Part shown: positions 52,609-64,000 of the stretch, piece after piece
Position numbering within the stretch: the stretch's first letter is position 1
Layout of the letters: each line of letters starts with the position of its first letter
NCBI RefSeq assembly: GCF_030013595.1
Contig: NZ_CP122768.1
DNA from: Escherichia coli
GTDB taxonomy: Bacteria; Pseudomonadota; Gammaproteobacteria; Enterobacterales; Enterobacteriaceae
Length of the DNA: 64,000 nt
Reading direction: 5' to 3' (one strand)
The notes under the pieces: model-generated
Told to the model about the DNA's origin: nothing
The model's input: the letters and a program-made list of their open reading frames with translations, nothing else
The model's database searches: none
Position numbers and translations under genes: made by a program

Positions 52609-53800
52609 CTACCTGCTGCTGCCGCTGATCTACCTGCTGGTTAACGTCAAAATCGCCCAGCTTGGTGAAAGTTTCCCCATCACCATCGTAACTTTTTTAC
52701 CTGTTTTGTTACTGCTGTTTTTAGAACGCATCAGCGTTAAAAAATTGATGATTGCCTTAGGGATTGGCGCGGGACTCACGGCGTTTAACTATCTGTTTGG
52801 TCAGTCGCTGGATGCCAGTAAATACGTCACTTCAACTATGCTGTTTGTCTATATCGTGATCATTATTGGTATGGTGTGGAGTATTCGCTTTAAAACGATT
52901 TCGCCACACAACCATCGCAAGATATTACGTTTCTTTTATCTGGTGGTCGGGCTGGTGGTGGCGCTGGCGGCGGTGGAGATGGCGCAAATTATCCTCACCG
53001 GCGGCAGCAGTATTATGGAGTCGATTTCGAAATATCTGATTTACAGCAACAGCTATGTGCTGAATTTCATCAAATTCGGCGGCAAGCGCACGACAGCACT
53101 TTATTTCGAACCGGCATTTTTCGCTCTGGCATTAATCTCAATTTGGCTCAGCATCAAACAGTTTGGTATCAAAACGCCTAAAACAGATGCTATGATTCTC
53201 GCAGGGATAATATTATCCGGATCGTTTTCAGGGGTTATGACCTTTATCCTGTTTTATTTGCTGGAGTGGGCATTTCAATATCTGAATAAAGAGGCGATTA
53301 AGAAAAAGTTACCGTTAGCATTGATTTCTCTGGCTGTATTCCTGGTTGGTGTGGTAATTGCATTTCCTTATATTTCCACCCGTCTGGGCGATTTAGGTAC
53401 GGAAGGATCGTCATCGTATTATCGTATTGTCGGTCCGCTGGTGATGGTCGGTTATTCTTTGACCCATATTGACGGTGTAGTCAGATTTGGCTCACTTTAT
53501 GAATATGTCGCATCATTCGGAATATTTAACGGTGCGGATGTCGGAAAAACCATAGACAATGGTTTGTATCTGCTGATTATTTATTTTTCCTGGTTCGCAG
53601 TGTTTTTATCGCTGTGGTACATGGGGAAAGTGATAAAAATGATGATCAACGCTTTTGGTGATAACCGCAATTTTCGCGTGCAATTATATCTTTTTACTCC
53701 GGTGTCGCTGTTTTTTACCGGTTCGATATTTAGCCCGGAATATGCATTTTTAATCGTCTGTCCGTTTATTTTGCGAAAAGCGTTAAATATTACGAGGTAA
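52583..53800 (+). CDS. wcaD: putative colanic acid polymerase (Wzy-like)
   Basis: 405 aa from the ATG at 52583 ([21 protein letters not shown]), polytopic; overlaps the wcaC 3' end by 26 nt; the ORF track extends to 52511. Confidence 0.82.
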   Translation: MSTSIRICSYLLLPLIYLLVNVKIAQLGESFPITIVTFLPVLLLLFLERISVKKLMIALGIGAGLTAFNYLFGQSLDASKYVTSTMLFVYIVIIIGMVWSIRFKTISPHNHRKILRFFYLVVGLVVALAAVEMAQIILTGGSSIMESISKYLIYSNSYVLNFIKFGGKRTTALYFEPAFFALALISIWLSIKQFGIKTPKTDAMILAGIILSGSFSGVMTFILFYLLEWAFQYLNKEAIKKKLPLALISLAVFLVGVVIAFPYISTRLGDLGTEGSSSYYRIVGPLVMVGYSLTHIDGVVRFGSLYEYVASFGIFNGADVGKTIDNGLYLLIIYFSWFAVFLSLWYMGKVIKMMINAFGDNRNFRVQLYLFTPVSLFFTGSIFSPEYAFLIVCPFILRKALNITR

Positions 53801-53810
53801 GAATAAGAAC

Positions 53811-54557
53811 ATGTTGCTTAGCATAATCACTGTCGCGTTTCGTAACCTCGAAGGGATAGTCAAAACACATGCCTCGCTGGCGCATCTGGCGCTGGCGGAA
53901 GATATCAGCTTCGAATGGATTGTTGTCGATGGCGGTTCCAATGACGGCACCCGTGAGTATCTGGAAAATCTCAATAGTATCTATAACCTACGCTTTGTCA
54001 GCGAGCCAGATAACGGTATCTACGACGCCATGAACAAGGGCATTGCGATGGCACAAGGCAAGTTCGCGTTGTTTCTCAATTCGGGCGATATTTTTCATCA
54101 GGATGCCGCAAATTTTGTCCGTAAGTTAAAAGTGCAAAAAGATAACGTGATGATCACCGGCGATGCGCTGCTGGATTTTGGCGACGGGCATAAAATTAAA
54201 CGTAGCGCCAAACCGGGTTGGTATATTTATCACAGCCTGCCCGCCAGCCATCAGGCGATATTTTTCCCGGTATCCGGCTTGAAAAAATGGCGTTATGACC
54301 TGGAATATAAAGTTTCTTCCGATTACGCGCTGGCAGCCAAAATGTATAAAGCCGGTTATGCATTTAAAAAACTCAATGGCCTGGTGTCTGAATTTTCCAT
54401 GGGTGGGGTATCAACAACCAATAATATGGAATTGTGTGCTGACGCCAAAAAAGTCCAACGGCAAATATTACATGTGCCTGGCTTCTGGGCAGAATTATCC
54501 TGGCATTTACGCCAACGTACTACCTCAAAGACGAAAGCCTTATATAACAAAAGCTGA
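53811..54557 (+). CDS. wcaE: colanic acid biosynthesis glycosyltransferase (GT2)
   Basis: 248-aa ORF recognised as WcaE. Confidence 0.9.
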   Translation: MLLSIITVAFRNLEGIVKTHASLAHLALAEDISFEWIVVDGGSNDGTREYLENLNSIYNLRFVSEPDNGIYDAMNKGIAMAQGKFALFLNSGDIFHQDAANFVRKLKVQKDNVMITGDALLDFGDGHKIKRSAKPGWYIYHSLPASHQAIFFPVSGLKKWRYDLEYKVSSDYALAAKMYKAGYAFKKLNGLVSEFSMGGVSTTNNMELCADAKKVQRQILHVPGFWAELSWHLRQRTTSKTKALYNKS

Positions 54558-54572
54558 ATATAAGGGAAAACG

Positions 54573-55121
54573 ATGCAAGATTTAAGTGGGTTCTCGGTGC
54601 CGAAAGGGTTCCGGGGCGGCAACGCTATTAAAGTGCAATTGTGGTGGGCAGTACAGGCAACATTATTTGCCTGGTCGCCACAAGTATTGTATCGCTGGCG
54701 GGCATTTTTATTACGTTTATTCGGGGCGAAAATAGGAAAAAACGTAGTTATTCGTCCGTCAGTAAAAATTACCTATCCGTGGAAATTAACCTTAGGTGAT
54801 TACGCGTGGGTCGGCGATGAGGTCAATTTATATACCCTCGGTGAAATAACCATTGGCGCACATTCGGTGATATCGCAAAAAAGTTATTTATGCACCGGGA
54901 GCCACGACCATGCAAGTCAACATTTCACCATTAACGCCACGCCTATTGTGATTGGCGAGAAATGTTGGCTGGCAACCGATGTCTTTGTTGCCCCAGGCGT
55001 CACAATCGGCGACGGCACCGTCGTGGGGGCGCGAAGCAGTGTTTTTAAATCGCTTCCGGCAAATGTGGTTTGCCGGGGGAATCCCGCAGTGGTGATACGC
55101 GAACGCGTTGAAACTGAATAA
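54573..55121 (+). CDS. wcaF: colanic acid biosynthesis acetyltransferase (hexapeptide repeat)
   Basis: 182-aa ORF recognised as WcaF. Confidence 0.9.
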   Translation: MQDLSGFSVPKGFRGGNAIKVQLWWAVQATLFAWSPQVLYRWRAFLLRLFGAKIGKNVVIRPSVKITYPWKLTLGDYAWVGDEVNLYTLGEITIGAHSVISQKSYLCTGSHDHASQHFTINATPIVIGEKCWLATDVFVAPGVTIGDGTVVGARSSVFKSLPANVVCRGNPAVVIRERVETE

Positions 55122-55147
55122 ATTCAAAAAATACAGAGGAATAAGAC

Positions 55148-56269
55148 ATGTCAAAAGTCGCTCTCATCACCGGTGTAACCGGACAAGACGGTTCTTACCT
55201 GGCAGAGTTTCTGCTGGAAAAAGGTTACGAGGTGCATGGTATTAAGCGTCGTGCATCGTCATTCAACACCGAGCGCGTGGATCACATTTATCAGGATCCG
55301 CACACCTGCAACCCGAAATTCCATCTGCATTATGGCGACCTGAGTGATACCTCCAACCTGACGCGCATTTTACGTGAAGTGCAGCCGGATGAAGTGTACA
55401 ACCTGGGCGCAATGAGCCACGTTGCGGTCTCTTTTGAGTCACCAGAATATACCGCAGACGTTGATGCGATGGGTACGCTGCGCCTGCTGGAGGCGATCCG
55501 CTTCCTCGGTCTGGAAAAGAAAACTCGTTTCTATCAGGCTTCCACTTCTGAACTGTACGGTCTGGTGCAGGAAATTCCGCAGAAAGAAACCACGCCGTTC
55601 TACCCACGCTCTCCGTATGCGGTCGCCAAACTGTATGCCTACTGGATCACCGTTAACTACCGCGAATCCTACGGCATGTACGCTTGTAACGGTATTCTCT
55701 TCAACCATGAATCCCCGCGCCGCGGCGAAACCTTCGTTACCCGCAAAATCACCCGCGCAATCGCCAATATCGCCCAAGGGCTGGAGTCGTGCCTGTACCT
55801 CGGCAATATGGATTCCCTGCGTGACTGGGGCCATGCCAAAGACTACGTAAAAATGCAGTGGATGATGCTGCAACAGGAACAGCCGGAAGATTTCGTTATC
55901 GCGACCGGCGTTCAGTACTCCGTGCGTCAGTTCGTGGAAATGGCGGCAGCACAGCTGGGCATCAAACTGCGCTTTGAAGGCACGGGCGTTGAAGAGAAGG
56001 GCATTGTGGTTTCCGTCACCGGGCATGACGCGCCGGGCGTTAAACCGGGGGATGTGATTATCGCCGTTGACCCGCGTTACTTCCGTCCGGCAGAAGTTGA
56101 AACGCTGCTCGGCGACCCGACCAAAGCGCACGAAAAACTGGGCTGGAAACCAGAAATCACCCTCAGAGAGATGGTGTCTGAAATGGTGGCTAATGACCTC
56201 GAAGCGGCGAAAAAACACTCTCTGCTGAAATCTCACGGCTACGACGTGGCGATCGCGCTGGAGTCATAA
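55148..56269 (+). CDS. gmd: GDP-mannose 4,6-dehydratase
   Basis: 373-aa ORF ([31 protein letters not shown]...), SDR NAD-binding motif. Confidence 0.93.
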
Positions 56270-56271
56270 GC

Positions 56272-57237
56272 ATGAGTAAACAACGCATTTTTATCGCTGG
56301 CCATCGCGGAATGGTCGGTTCCGCCATCACCCGTCAGCTCGAACAGCGCGGTGATGTGGAACTGGTATTACGTACCCGCGACGAGCTGAACCTGCTGGAC
56401 AGCCGCGCGGTGCATGATTTCTTTGCCAGCGAGCGCATTGACCAGGTCTATCTGGCGGCGGCGAAAGTGGGCGGCATTGTTGCCAACAACACCTGTCCGG
56501 CGGATTTCATCTACCAGAACATGATGATTGAGAGCAACATCATTCACGCCGCGCATCAGAACGGCGTGAACAAACTGCTGTTTCTCGGATCGTCCTGTAT
56601 CTACCCGAAACTGGCAAAACAGCCGATGGCAGAAAGCGAGTTATTGCAGGGCACGCTGGAGCCGACCAACGAGCCTTACGCCATTGCCAAAATCGCCGGG
56701 ATCAAACTGTGCGAATCTTACAACCGCCAGTATGGACGCGATTACCGCTCAGTCATGCCGACCAACCTGTATGGCCCGCATGACAATTTCCACCCGAGTA
56801 ACTCGCATGTGATCCCAGCATTGCTGCGTCGCTTCCACGAGGCGACGGCACAGAATGCACCGGACGTGGTGGTGTGGGGCAGCGGTACACCGATGCGCGA
56901 ATTTCTGCACGTCGATGATATGGCGGCGGCAAGCATTCATGTGATGGAGCTGGCGCACGAAGTCTGGCTGGAAAACACCCAGCCGATGTTGTCGCACATT
57001 AACGTCGGTACGGGCGTTGACTGCACTATCCGCGAGCTGGCGCAAACCATCGCCAAAGTGGTGGGTTACAAAGGTCGGGTGGTTTTTGATGCCAGTAAAC
57101 CGGATGGTACGCCGCGCAAACTGCTGGATGTGACGCGCCTGCATCAGCTTGGCTGGTATCACGAAATCTCACTGGAAGCGGGGCTTGCCAGCACTTACCA
57201 GTGGTTCCTTGAGAATCAAGACCGCTTTCGGGGGTAA
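56272..57237 (+). CDS. fcl: GDP-L-fucose synthase
   Basis: 321-aa ORF ([19 protein letters not shown]...) recognised as Fcl/WcaG. Confidence 0.93.
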   Translation: MSKQRIFIAGHRGMVGSAITRQLEQRGDVELVLRTRDELNLLDSRAVHDFFASERIDQVYLAAAKVGGIVANNTCPADFIYQNMMIESNIIHAAHQNGVNKLLFLGSSCIYPKLAKQPMAESELLQGTLEPTNEPYAIAKIAGIKLCESYNRQYGRDYRSVMPTNLYGPHDNFHPSNSHVIPALLRRFHEATAQNAPDVVVWGSGTPMREFLHVDDMAAASIHVMELAHEVWLENTQPMLSHINVGTGVDCTIRELAQTIAKVVGYKGRVVFDASKPDGTPRKLLDVTRLHQLGWYHEISLEAGLASTYQWFLENQDRFRG

Positions 57238-57719
57238 TGATGTTTTTACGTCAGGAAGACTTTGCCACGGTAGTGTGCTCCACACCGCTTGTCTCTCTCG
57301 ATTTTATTGTCGAGAACAGTCGCGGCGAGTTTCTGCTTGGCAAAAGAACCAACCGCCCGGCGCAGGGTTACTGGTTTGTGCCGGGAGGGCGCGTGCAGAA
57401 AGACGAAACGCTGGAAGCCGCATTTGAGCGGCTGACGATGGCGGAACTGGGGCTGCGTCTGCCTATAACAGCAGGCCAGTTTTACGGTGTCTGGCAGCAC
57501 TTTTATGACGATAACTTCTCCGGCACGGATTTCACCACTCACTATGTGGTGCTCGGTTTTCGCTTCAGAGTAGCGGAAGAAGAGCTGTTACTGCCGGATG
57601 AGCAGCATGACGATTACCGCTGGCTGACGCCGGACGCGCTGCTCGCCAGTAACGATGTTCACGCTAACAGCCGCGCCTATTTTCTCGCTGAGAAGCGTGC
57701 CGGAGTACCCGGATTATGA
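57237..57719 (+). CDS. gmm: GDP-mannose mannosyl hydrolase (Nudix)
   Basis: 160-aa ORF with a Nudix box region; start may be the second ATG at 57240. Confidence 0.9.
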   Translation: MMFLRQEDFATVVCSTPLVSLDFIVENSRGEFLLGKRTNRPAQGYWFVPGGRVQKDETLEAAFERLTMAELGLRLPITAGQFYGVWQHFYDDNFSGTDFTTHYVVLGFRFRVAEEELLLPDEQHDDYRWLTPDALLASNDVHANSRAYFLAEKRAGVPGL

Positions 57720-58939
57720 AAATACTGGTCTACGGCATTAACTACTCGCCGGAGTTAACCGGCATCGGCAAATACACCGGCGAGATGGTGGAATGGCTGG
57801 CGGCACAAGGTCATGAGGTGCGGGTTATTACCGCACCGCCTTACTACCCGCAATGGCAGGTGGGCGAGAACTATTCCGCCTGGCGGTACAAACGAGAAGA
57901 GGGGGCCGCCACGGTGTGGCGCTGCCCGCTGTACGTGCCAAAACAGCCGAGCACCCTGAAACGCCTGTTACATCTCGGCAGTTTTGCCGTCAGCAGTTTC
58001 TTTCCTCTGATGGCGCAACGTCGCTGGAAGCCGGATCGCATTATCGGCGTGGTGCCAACGCTGTTTTGCACGCCGGGAATGCGCCTGCTGGCGAAACTCT
58101 CTGGTGCGCGTACCGTGCTGCATATTCAGGATTACGAAGTGGACGCCATGCTGGGGCTGGGCCTTGCCGGAAAAGGCAAAGGCGGCAAAGTGGCGCAGCT
58201 GGCGACGGCGTTCGAACGTAGCGGACTGCATAACGTCGATAACGTCTCCACGATTTCGCGTTCGATGATGAATAAAGCCATCGAAAAAGGCGTGGCGGCG
58301 GATAACATCATTTTCTTCCCCAACTGGTCGGAAATCGCCCGTTTTCAGCATGTTGCAGACGCCGATGTTGATGCCCTTCGTAACCAGCTTGGCCTGCCGG
58401 ATAACAAAAAAATCATTCTTTACTCCGGCAATATTGGTGAAAAGCAGGGGCTGGAAAACGTTATTGAAGCTGCCGATCTCCTGCGCGATGAACCGCTGAT
58501 TTTTGCCATTGTCGGGCAGGGCGGCGGCAAAGCGCGGCTGGAAAAAATGGCGCAACAGCGTGGTCTGCGCAACATGCAATTTTTTCCGCTGCAATCGTAT
58601 GACGCTTTACCCGCACTGCTGAAGATGGGCGATTGCCATCTGGTGGTGCAAAAACGCGGCGCGGCAGATGCCGTATTGCCGTCGAAACTGACCAATATTC
58701 TGGCGGTAGGCGGTAACGCGGTGATTACTGCAGAAGCCCACACAGAACTGGGACAGCTTTGCGAAACCTTTCCGGGCATTGCGGTTTGCGTTGAACCGGA
58801 ATCGGTCGAGGCGCTGGTGGCGGGGATTCGTCAGGCGCTCCTGCTGCCCAAACACAACACGGTGGCACGTGAATATGCCGAACGCACGCTCGATAAAGAG
58901 AACGTGTTACGTCAATTTATAAATGATATTCGGGGATAA
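57716..58939 (+). CDS. wcaI: colanic acid biosynthesis glycosyltransferase (GT4)
   Basis: 407-aa ORF; 4-nt overlap with gmm. Confidence 0.9.
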   Translation: MKILVYGINYSPELTGIGKYTGEMVEWLAAQGHEVRVITAPPYYPQWQVGENYSAWRYKREEGAATVWRCPLYVPKQPSTLKRLLHLGSFAVSSFFPLMAQRRWKPDRIIGVVPTLFCTPGMRLLAKLSGARTVLHIQDYEVDAMLGLGLAGKGKGGKVAQLATAFERSGLHNVDNVSTISRSMMNKAIEKGVAADNIIFFPNWSEIARFQHVADADVDALRNQLGLPDNKKIILYSGNIGEKQGLENVIEAADLLRDEPLIFAIVGQGGGKARLEKMAQQRGLRNMQFFPLQSYDALPALLKMGDCHLVVQKRGAADAVLPSKLTNILAVGGNAVITAEAHTELGQLCETFPGIAVCVEPESVEALVAGIRQALLLPKHNTVAREYAERTLDKENVLRQFINDIRG

Positions 58940-58941
58940 TT

Positions 58942-60378
58942 ATGGCGCAGTCGAAACTCTATCCAGTTGTGATGGCAGGTGGCTCCGGTAGCCGCTTATG
59001 GCCGCTTTCCCGCGTACTTTACCCCAAGCAGTTTTTATGCCTGAAAGGCGATCTCACCATGCTGCAAACCACCATCTGCCGCCTGAAAGGCGTAGAGTGC
59101 GAAAGCCCGGTGGTGATTTGCAATGAGCAGCACCGCTTTATTGTCGCGGAACAGCTGCGCCAACTGAACAAACTCACCGAGAACATTATTCTCGAACCGG
59201 CAGGGCGTAACACTGCACCAGCCATTGCGCTGGCGGCGCTGGCGGCAACACGTCATAGTCCGGAGAGCGACCCGTTAATGCTGGTGCTGGCGGCGGATCA
59301 TGTGATTGCCGATGAAGACGCGTTCCGTGCCGCCGTGCGTAATGCCATACCGTATGCCGAAGCGGGCAAGCTGGTGACCTTTGGCATTGTGCCGGATCTA
59401 CCTGAAATCGGTTATGGCTATATTCGTCGCGGTGAAGTGTCTGCGGGTGAGCAGGATACGGTGGCCTTTGAAGTGGCGCAGTTTGTCGAAAAACCGAATC
59501 TGGAAACCGCTCAGGCCTATGTGGCAAGTGGCGAATATTACTGGAACAGCGGCATGTTCCTGTTCCGCGCCGGACGCTATCTCGAAGAACTGAAAAAATA
59601 TCGCCCGGATATTCTCGATGCCTGTGAAAAAGCGATGAGCGCCGTCGATCCGGATCTCGATTTTATTCGCGTGGATGAAGAAGCGTTTCTCGCCTGCCCG
59701 GAAGAGTCGGTGGATTACGCGGTCATGGAACGTACGGCAGATGCTGTTGTGGTGCCGATGGATGCGGGCTGGAGCGATGTCGGCTCCTGGTCCTCATTAT
59801 GGGAAATTAGCGCCCACACCGCCGAGGGCAACGTTTGCCACGGCGATGTGATTAATCACAAAACCGAAAACAGCTATGTGTATGCCGAATCTGGCCTGGT
59901 CACCACCGTCGGGGTGAAAGATTTGGTGGTAGTGCAGACCAAAGATGCGGTGCTGATTGCCGACCGTAACGCGGTGCAGGATGTGAAAAAAGTGGTCGAG
60001 CAGATCAAAGCCGATGGTCGCCATGAGCATCGGGTGCATCGCGAAGTGTATCGTCCGTGGGGCAAATATGACTCTATCGACGCGGGCGACCGCTACCAGG
60101 TGAAACGCATCACCGTGAAACCGGGCGAGGGCTTGTCGGTACAGATGCACCATCACCGCGCGGAACACTGGGTAGTGGTAGCGGGAACGGCAAAAGTCAC
60201 CATTGACGGTGATATCAAACTGCTTGGTGAAAACGAGTCCATTTATATTCCGCTGGGGGCGACGCACTGCCTGGAAAACCCGGGGAAAATTCCGCTCGAT
60301 TTAATTGAAGTGCGCTCCGGCTCTTATCTCGAAGAGGATGATGTGGTGCGCTTCGCGGATCGCTACGGACGGGTGTAA
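58942..60378 (+). CDS. cpsB: mannose-1-phosphate guanylyltransferase
   Basis: 478-aa ORF ([24 protein letters not shown]...) recognised as CpsB/ManC. Confidence 0.93.
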   Translation: MAQSKLYPVVMAGGSGSRLWPLSRVLYPKQFLCLKGDLTMLQTTICRLKGVECESPVVICNEQHRFIVAEQLRQLNKLTENIILEPAGRNTAPAIALAALAATRHSPESDPLMLVLAADHVIADEDAFRAAVRNAIPYAEAGKLVTFGIVPDLPEIGYGYIRRGEVSAGEQDTVAFEVAQFVEKPNLETAQAYVASGEYYWNSGMFLFRAGRYLEELKKYRPDILDACEKAMSAVDPDLDFIRVDEEAFLACPEESVDYAVMERTADAVVVPMDAGWSDVGSWSSLWEISAHTAEGNVCHGDVINHKTENSYVYAESGLVTTVGVKDLVVVQTKDAVLIADRNAVQDVKKVVEQIKADGRHEHRVHREVYRPWGKYDSIDAGDRYQVKRITVKPGEGLSVQMHHHRAEHWVVVAGTAKVTIDGDIKLLGENESIYIPLGATHCLENPGKIPLDLIEVRSGSYLEEDDVVRFADRYGRV

Positions 60379-60380
60379 AC

Positions 60381-60656
<276 letters not shown>

Positions 60657-60746
60657 AATGAATGCGAAACCGCGGTGTAAATAATGACAAAAACAAAATT
60701 GGCCGTTTCGGTCAGGGCCAACTATTGCCTGAAAAAGGGTAACGAC

Positions 60747-62117
60747 ATGAAAAAATTAACCTGCTTTAAAGCCTATGATATTCGCGGGAAATTAGGCGAA
60801 GAACTGAATGAAGATATTGCCTGGCGCATTGGTCGCGCCTATGGCGAATTTCTCAAACCGAAAACCATTGTGTTAGGCGGTGATGTCCGTCTCACCAGCG
60901 AAACCTTAAAACTGGCGCTGGCAAAAGGTTTACAGGATGCGGGCGTTGACGTGCTGGATATCGGTATGTCCGGCACCGAAGAGATCTATTTCGCCACGTT
61001 CCATCTCGGCGTGGATGGCGGCATCGAAGTTACCGCCAGCCATAACCCGATGGATTATAACGGCATGAAACTGGTGCGCGAAGGGGCTCGCCCGATCAGC
61101 GGTGATACCGGACTGCGCGATGTCCAGCGCCTGGCTGAAGCCAACGACTTTCCTCCCGTCGATGAAACCAAACGCGGTCGCTATCAGCAAATCAACCTGC
61201 GTGACGCTTACGTTGATCACCTGTTCGGTTATATCAATGTCAAAAACCTCACGCCGCTCAAGCTGGTGATTAACTCCGGGAATGGCGCAGCGGGTCCGGT
61301 GGTGGACGCCATCGAAGCCCGCTTTAAAGCCCTCGGCGCACCCGTGGAATTAATCAAAGTGCACAACACACCGGACGGCAATTTCCCCAACGGTATTCCT
61401 AACCCGCTGCTGCCGGAATGCCGCGACGACACCCGCAATGCGGTCATCAAACACGGCGCGGATATGGGCATTGCCTTTGATGGCGATTTTGACCGCTGTT
61501 TCCTGTTTGACGAAAAAGGGCAGTTTATCGAGGGCTATTACATTGTCGGCCTGCTGGCAGAAGCGTTCCTCGAAAAAAATCCCGGCGCGAAGATCATCCA
61601 CGATCCGCGTCTCTCCTGGAATACCGTTGATGTGGTGACTGCCGCAGGCGGCACCCCGGTAATGTCGAAAACCGGACACGCCTTTATTAAAGAACGTATG
61701 CGCAAGGAAGACGCCATCTACGGTGGCGAAATGAGCGCCCACCATTACTTCCGTGATTTCGCTTACTGCGACAGCGGCATGATCCCGTGGCTGCTGGTCG
61801 CCGAACTGGTGTGCCTGAAAGGAAAAACGCTGGGCGAACTGGTGCGCGACCGGATGGCTGCGTTTCCGGCAAGCGGTGAGATCAACAGCAAACTGGCGCA
61901 ACCCGTTGAGGCGATTAATCGCGTCGAACAGCATTTTAGCCGTGAGGCGCTGGCGGTGGATCGTACCGATGGCATCAGCATGACCTTTGCCGACTGGCGC
62001 TTTAACCTGCGCACCTCCAACACCGAACCGGTGGTGCGCCTGAATGTGGAATCGCGCGGTGATGTGCCGCTGATGGAAGCGCGAACGCGAACTCTGCTGA
62101 CGTTGCTGAATGAGTAA
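60747..62117 (+). CDS. cpsG: phosphomannomutase
   Basis: 456 aa from the ATG at 60747 ([29 protein letters not shown]...); the ORF-track start at 60684 runs back toward the REP array. Confidence 0.92.
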   Translation: MKKLTCFKAYDIRGKLGEELNEDIAWRIGRAYGEFLKPKTIVLGGDVRLTSETLKLALAKGLQDAGVDVLDIGMSGTEEIYFATFHLGVDGGIEVTASHNPMDYNGMKLVREGARPISGDTGLRDVQRLAEANDFPPVDETKRGRYQQINLRDAYVDHLFGYINVKNLTPLKLVINSGNGAAGPVVDAIEARFKALGAPVELIKVHNTPDGNFPNGIPNPLLPECRDDTRNAVIKHGADMGIAFDGDFDRCFLFDEKGQFIEGYYIVGLLAEAFLEKNPGAKIIHDPRLSWNTVDVVTAAGGTPVMSKTGHAFIKERMRKEDAIYGGEMSAHHYFRDFAYCDSGMIPWLLVAELVCLKGKTLGELVRDRMAAFPASGEINSKLAQPVEAINRVEQHFSREALAVDRTDGISMTFADWRFNLRTSNTEPVVRLNVESRGDVPLMEARTRTLLTLLNE

Positions 62118-62171
62118 TGTCGGATCTTCCCTTACCCCACTGCGGGTAAGGGGCTAATAACAGGAACAACG

Positions 62172-63566
62172 ATGACAAATCTAAAAAAGCGCGAGCGAGC
62201 GAAAACCAATGCATCGTTAATCTCTATGGTGCAACGCTTTTCAGATATCACCATCATGTTTGCCGGACTATGGCTGGTTTGCGAAGTCAGCGGACTGTCA
62301 TTCCTCTACATGCACCTGTTGGTGGCGCTGATTACGCTGGTGGTGTTCCAGATGCTGGGCGGCATCACCGATTTTTATCGCTCATGGCGCGGTGTTCGGG
62401 CAGCGACAGAATTTGCCCTGTTGCTACAAAACTGGACCTTAAGCGTGATTTTCAGCGCCGGACTGGTGGCGTTCAACAATGATTTCGACACGCAACTGAA
62501 AATCTGGCTGGCGTGGTATGGGCTGACCAGTATCGGACTGGTGGTTTGCCGTTCATGTATTCGCATTGGGGCGGGCTGGCTGCGTAATCATGGCTATAAC
62601 AAGCGCATGGTCGCGGTGGCGGGGGATTTAGCCGCCGGACAAATGCTGATGGAGAGCTTCCGTAATCAGCCGTGGTTAGGGTTTGAAGTGGTGGGCGTTT
62701 ACCACGACCCGAAACCGGGCGGCGTTTCTAACGACTGGGCGGGTAACCTGCAACAGCTGGTCGAGGACGCGAAAGCGGGCAAGATTCATAACGTCTATAT
62801 CGCGATGCAAATGTGCGACGGCGCACGAGTGAAAAAACTGGTCCATCAATTGGCGGACACCACCTGTTCGGTGCTGCTGATCCCCGATGTCTTTACCTTC
62901 AACATTCTCCATTCACGTCTCGAAGAGATGAACGGCGTTCCGGTGGTGCCGCTGTATGACACGCCACTTTCCGGGGTTAACCGCCTGCTCAAACGTGCGG
63001 AAGACATTGTGCTGGCGACGCTTATTCTGCTGCTGATCTCCCCGGTGCTGTGCTGTATTGCGCTGGCGGTAAAACTCACTTCACCAGGGCCGGTTATTTT
63101 CCGCCAGACTCGCTATGGCATGGATGGCAAACCGATCAAAGTGTGGAAGTTCCGTTCGATGAAAGTGATGGAGAACGACAAAGTGGTGACTCAGGCGACG
63201 CAGAACGATCCGCGCGTCACCAAAGTGGGGAACTTTCTGCGCCGCACCTCGCTGGACGAATTGCCGCAGTTTATCAATGTGCTGACCGGGGGGATGTCGA
63301 TTGTCGGTCCACGTCCACACGCGGTGGCGCATAACGAACAATATCGCCAGCTCATTGAAGGCTACATGCTGCGCCATAAGGTGAAACCGGGCATTACCGG
63401 CTGGGCGCAGATTAATGGCTGGCGTGGCGAAACCGACACGCTGGAGAAAATGGAAAAACGCGTCGAGTTCGACCTTGAGTACATCCGCGAATGGAGCGTC
63501 TGGTTCGATATCAAAATCGTTTTCCTGACGGTATTCAAAGGCTTCGTTAACAAAGCGGCATATTGA
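62172..63566 (+). CDS. wcaJ: undecaprenyl-phosphate glucose-1-phosphate transferase (colanic acid initiating enzyme)
   Basis: 464-aa ORF with N-terminal TM helices and a C-terminal sugar-transferase region (PRVTKVGNFLRRTSLDELPQFINVL). Confidence 0.92.
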   Translation: MTNLKKRERAKTNASLISMVQRFSDITIMFAGLWLVCEVSGLSFLYMHLLVALITLVVFQMLGGITDFYRSWRGVRAATEFALLLQNWTLSVIFSAGLVAFNNDFDTQLKIWLAWYGLTSIGLVVCRSCIRIGAGWLRNHGYNKRMVAVAGDLAAGQMLMESFRNQPWLGFEVVGVYHDPKPGGVSNDWAGNLQQLVEDAKAGKIHNVYIAMQMCDGARVKKLVHQLADTTCSVLLIPDVFTFNILHSRLEEMNGVPVVPLYDTPLSGVNRLLKRAEDIVLATLILLLISPVLCCIALAVKLTSPGPVIFRQTRYGMDGKPIKVWKFRSMKVMENDKVVTQATQNDPRVTKVGNFLRRTSLDELPQFINVLTGGMSIVGPRPHAVAHNEQYRQLIEGYMLRHKVKPGITGWAQINGWRGETDTLEKMEKRVEFDLEYIREWSVWFDIKIVFLTVFKGFVNKAAY

Positions 63567-63567
63567 T

Positions 63568-64000
63568 ATGAGCTTACGTGAAAAAACCATCAGCGGCGCG
63601 AAGTGGTCGGCGATTGCTACGGTGATCATCATCGGCCTCGGGCTGGTACAGATGACCGTGCTGGCGCGGATTATCGACAACCACCAGTTCGGTTTGCTTA
63701 CCGTGTCGCTGGTGATCATCGCGCTAGCAGATACGCTTTCTGACTTCGGTATCGCTAACTCGATTATTCAGCGAAAAGAAATCAGCCACCTTGAACTCAC
63801 CACGCTGTACTGGCTGAACGTCGGGCTGGGGCTTGTGGTGTGCGTGGCGGTGTTTTTGTTGAGTGATGCCATTGGCGACGTGCTGAATAACCCGGACCTG
63901 GCACCGTTGATTAAAACATTGTCGCTGGCGTTTGTGGTGATCCCCCACGGGCAACAGTTCCGCGCGTTGATGCAGAAGGAGCTGGAGTTCAACAAAATCG
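63568..64000 (+). CDS. wzxC: colanic acid repeat-unit flippase, 5' partial (runs off the window end)
   Basis: ATG at 63568, 1 nt after the wcaJ stop; open frame to the window end encodes MSLREKTISGAKWSAIATVIIIGLGLVQ... (polytopic Wzx-like); not in the ORF track because no stop is reached. Confidence 0.85.
   Translation, partial: MSLREKTISGAKWSAIATVIIIGLGLVQMTVLARIIDNHQFGLLTVSLVIIALADTLSDFGIANSIIQRKEISHLELTTLYWLNVGLGLVVCVAVFLLSDAIGDVLNNPDLAPLIKTLSLAFVVIPHGQQFRALMQKELEFNKI

Noticed and set aside
55439-56236. 265-aa minus-strand ORF antisense to gmd
   Set aside because: Embedded opposite the highly conserved gmd coding sequence with no recognisable domain. A shadow ORF.
61350-61934. 194-aa minus-strand ORF antisense to cpsG
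   Set aside because: Opposite strand of the phosphomannomutase gene; no start context; typical GC-rich antisense frame.

Overview
This window reads as a contiguous Escherichia coli-type chromosomal segment, shown in reverse orientation relative to the usual K-12 map. Gene identities come from my recognition of the translated ORFs and their order; no searches were run. Coordinates of small non-coding features are approximate (a few nt). Left to right: thiD; yegX; yegW with the convergent yegVUT operon; fbaB; the galactitol operon gatYZABCD with an intact gatR (gatA carries a premature stop); yegS; yegR; the sRNA cyaR; yegQ; a ParD/ParE-like toxin-antitoxin pair; yegP; the mdtABCD-baeSR efflux/two-component operon with a BaeR box; the tandem ibsB/sibB and ibsA/sibA type I toxin-antitoxin repeats; the yegL-yegK-yegJ-yegI cluster; yegD; alkA; dgcE; udk-dcd-asmA; yegH; and most of the colanic acid cluster (wza to the start of wzxC) with an ops element and a triple REP array. 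The best candidate for a poorly understood system is yegL/yegK/yegI, a vWA + PP2C phosphatase + membrane Ser/Thr kinase triad of the TerY-P type, with periplasmic yegJ embedded and Hsp70-like yegD adjacent. The genes themselves are known; their biological role is not established. The ParDE-like pair between yegP and yegQ looks like strain-specific accessory content. No CRISPR array, IS element or integrase was seen.
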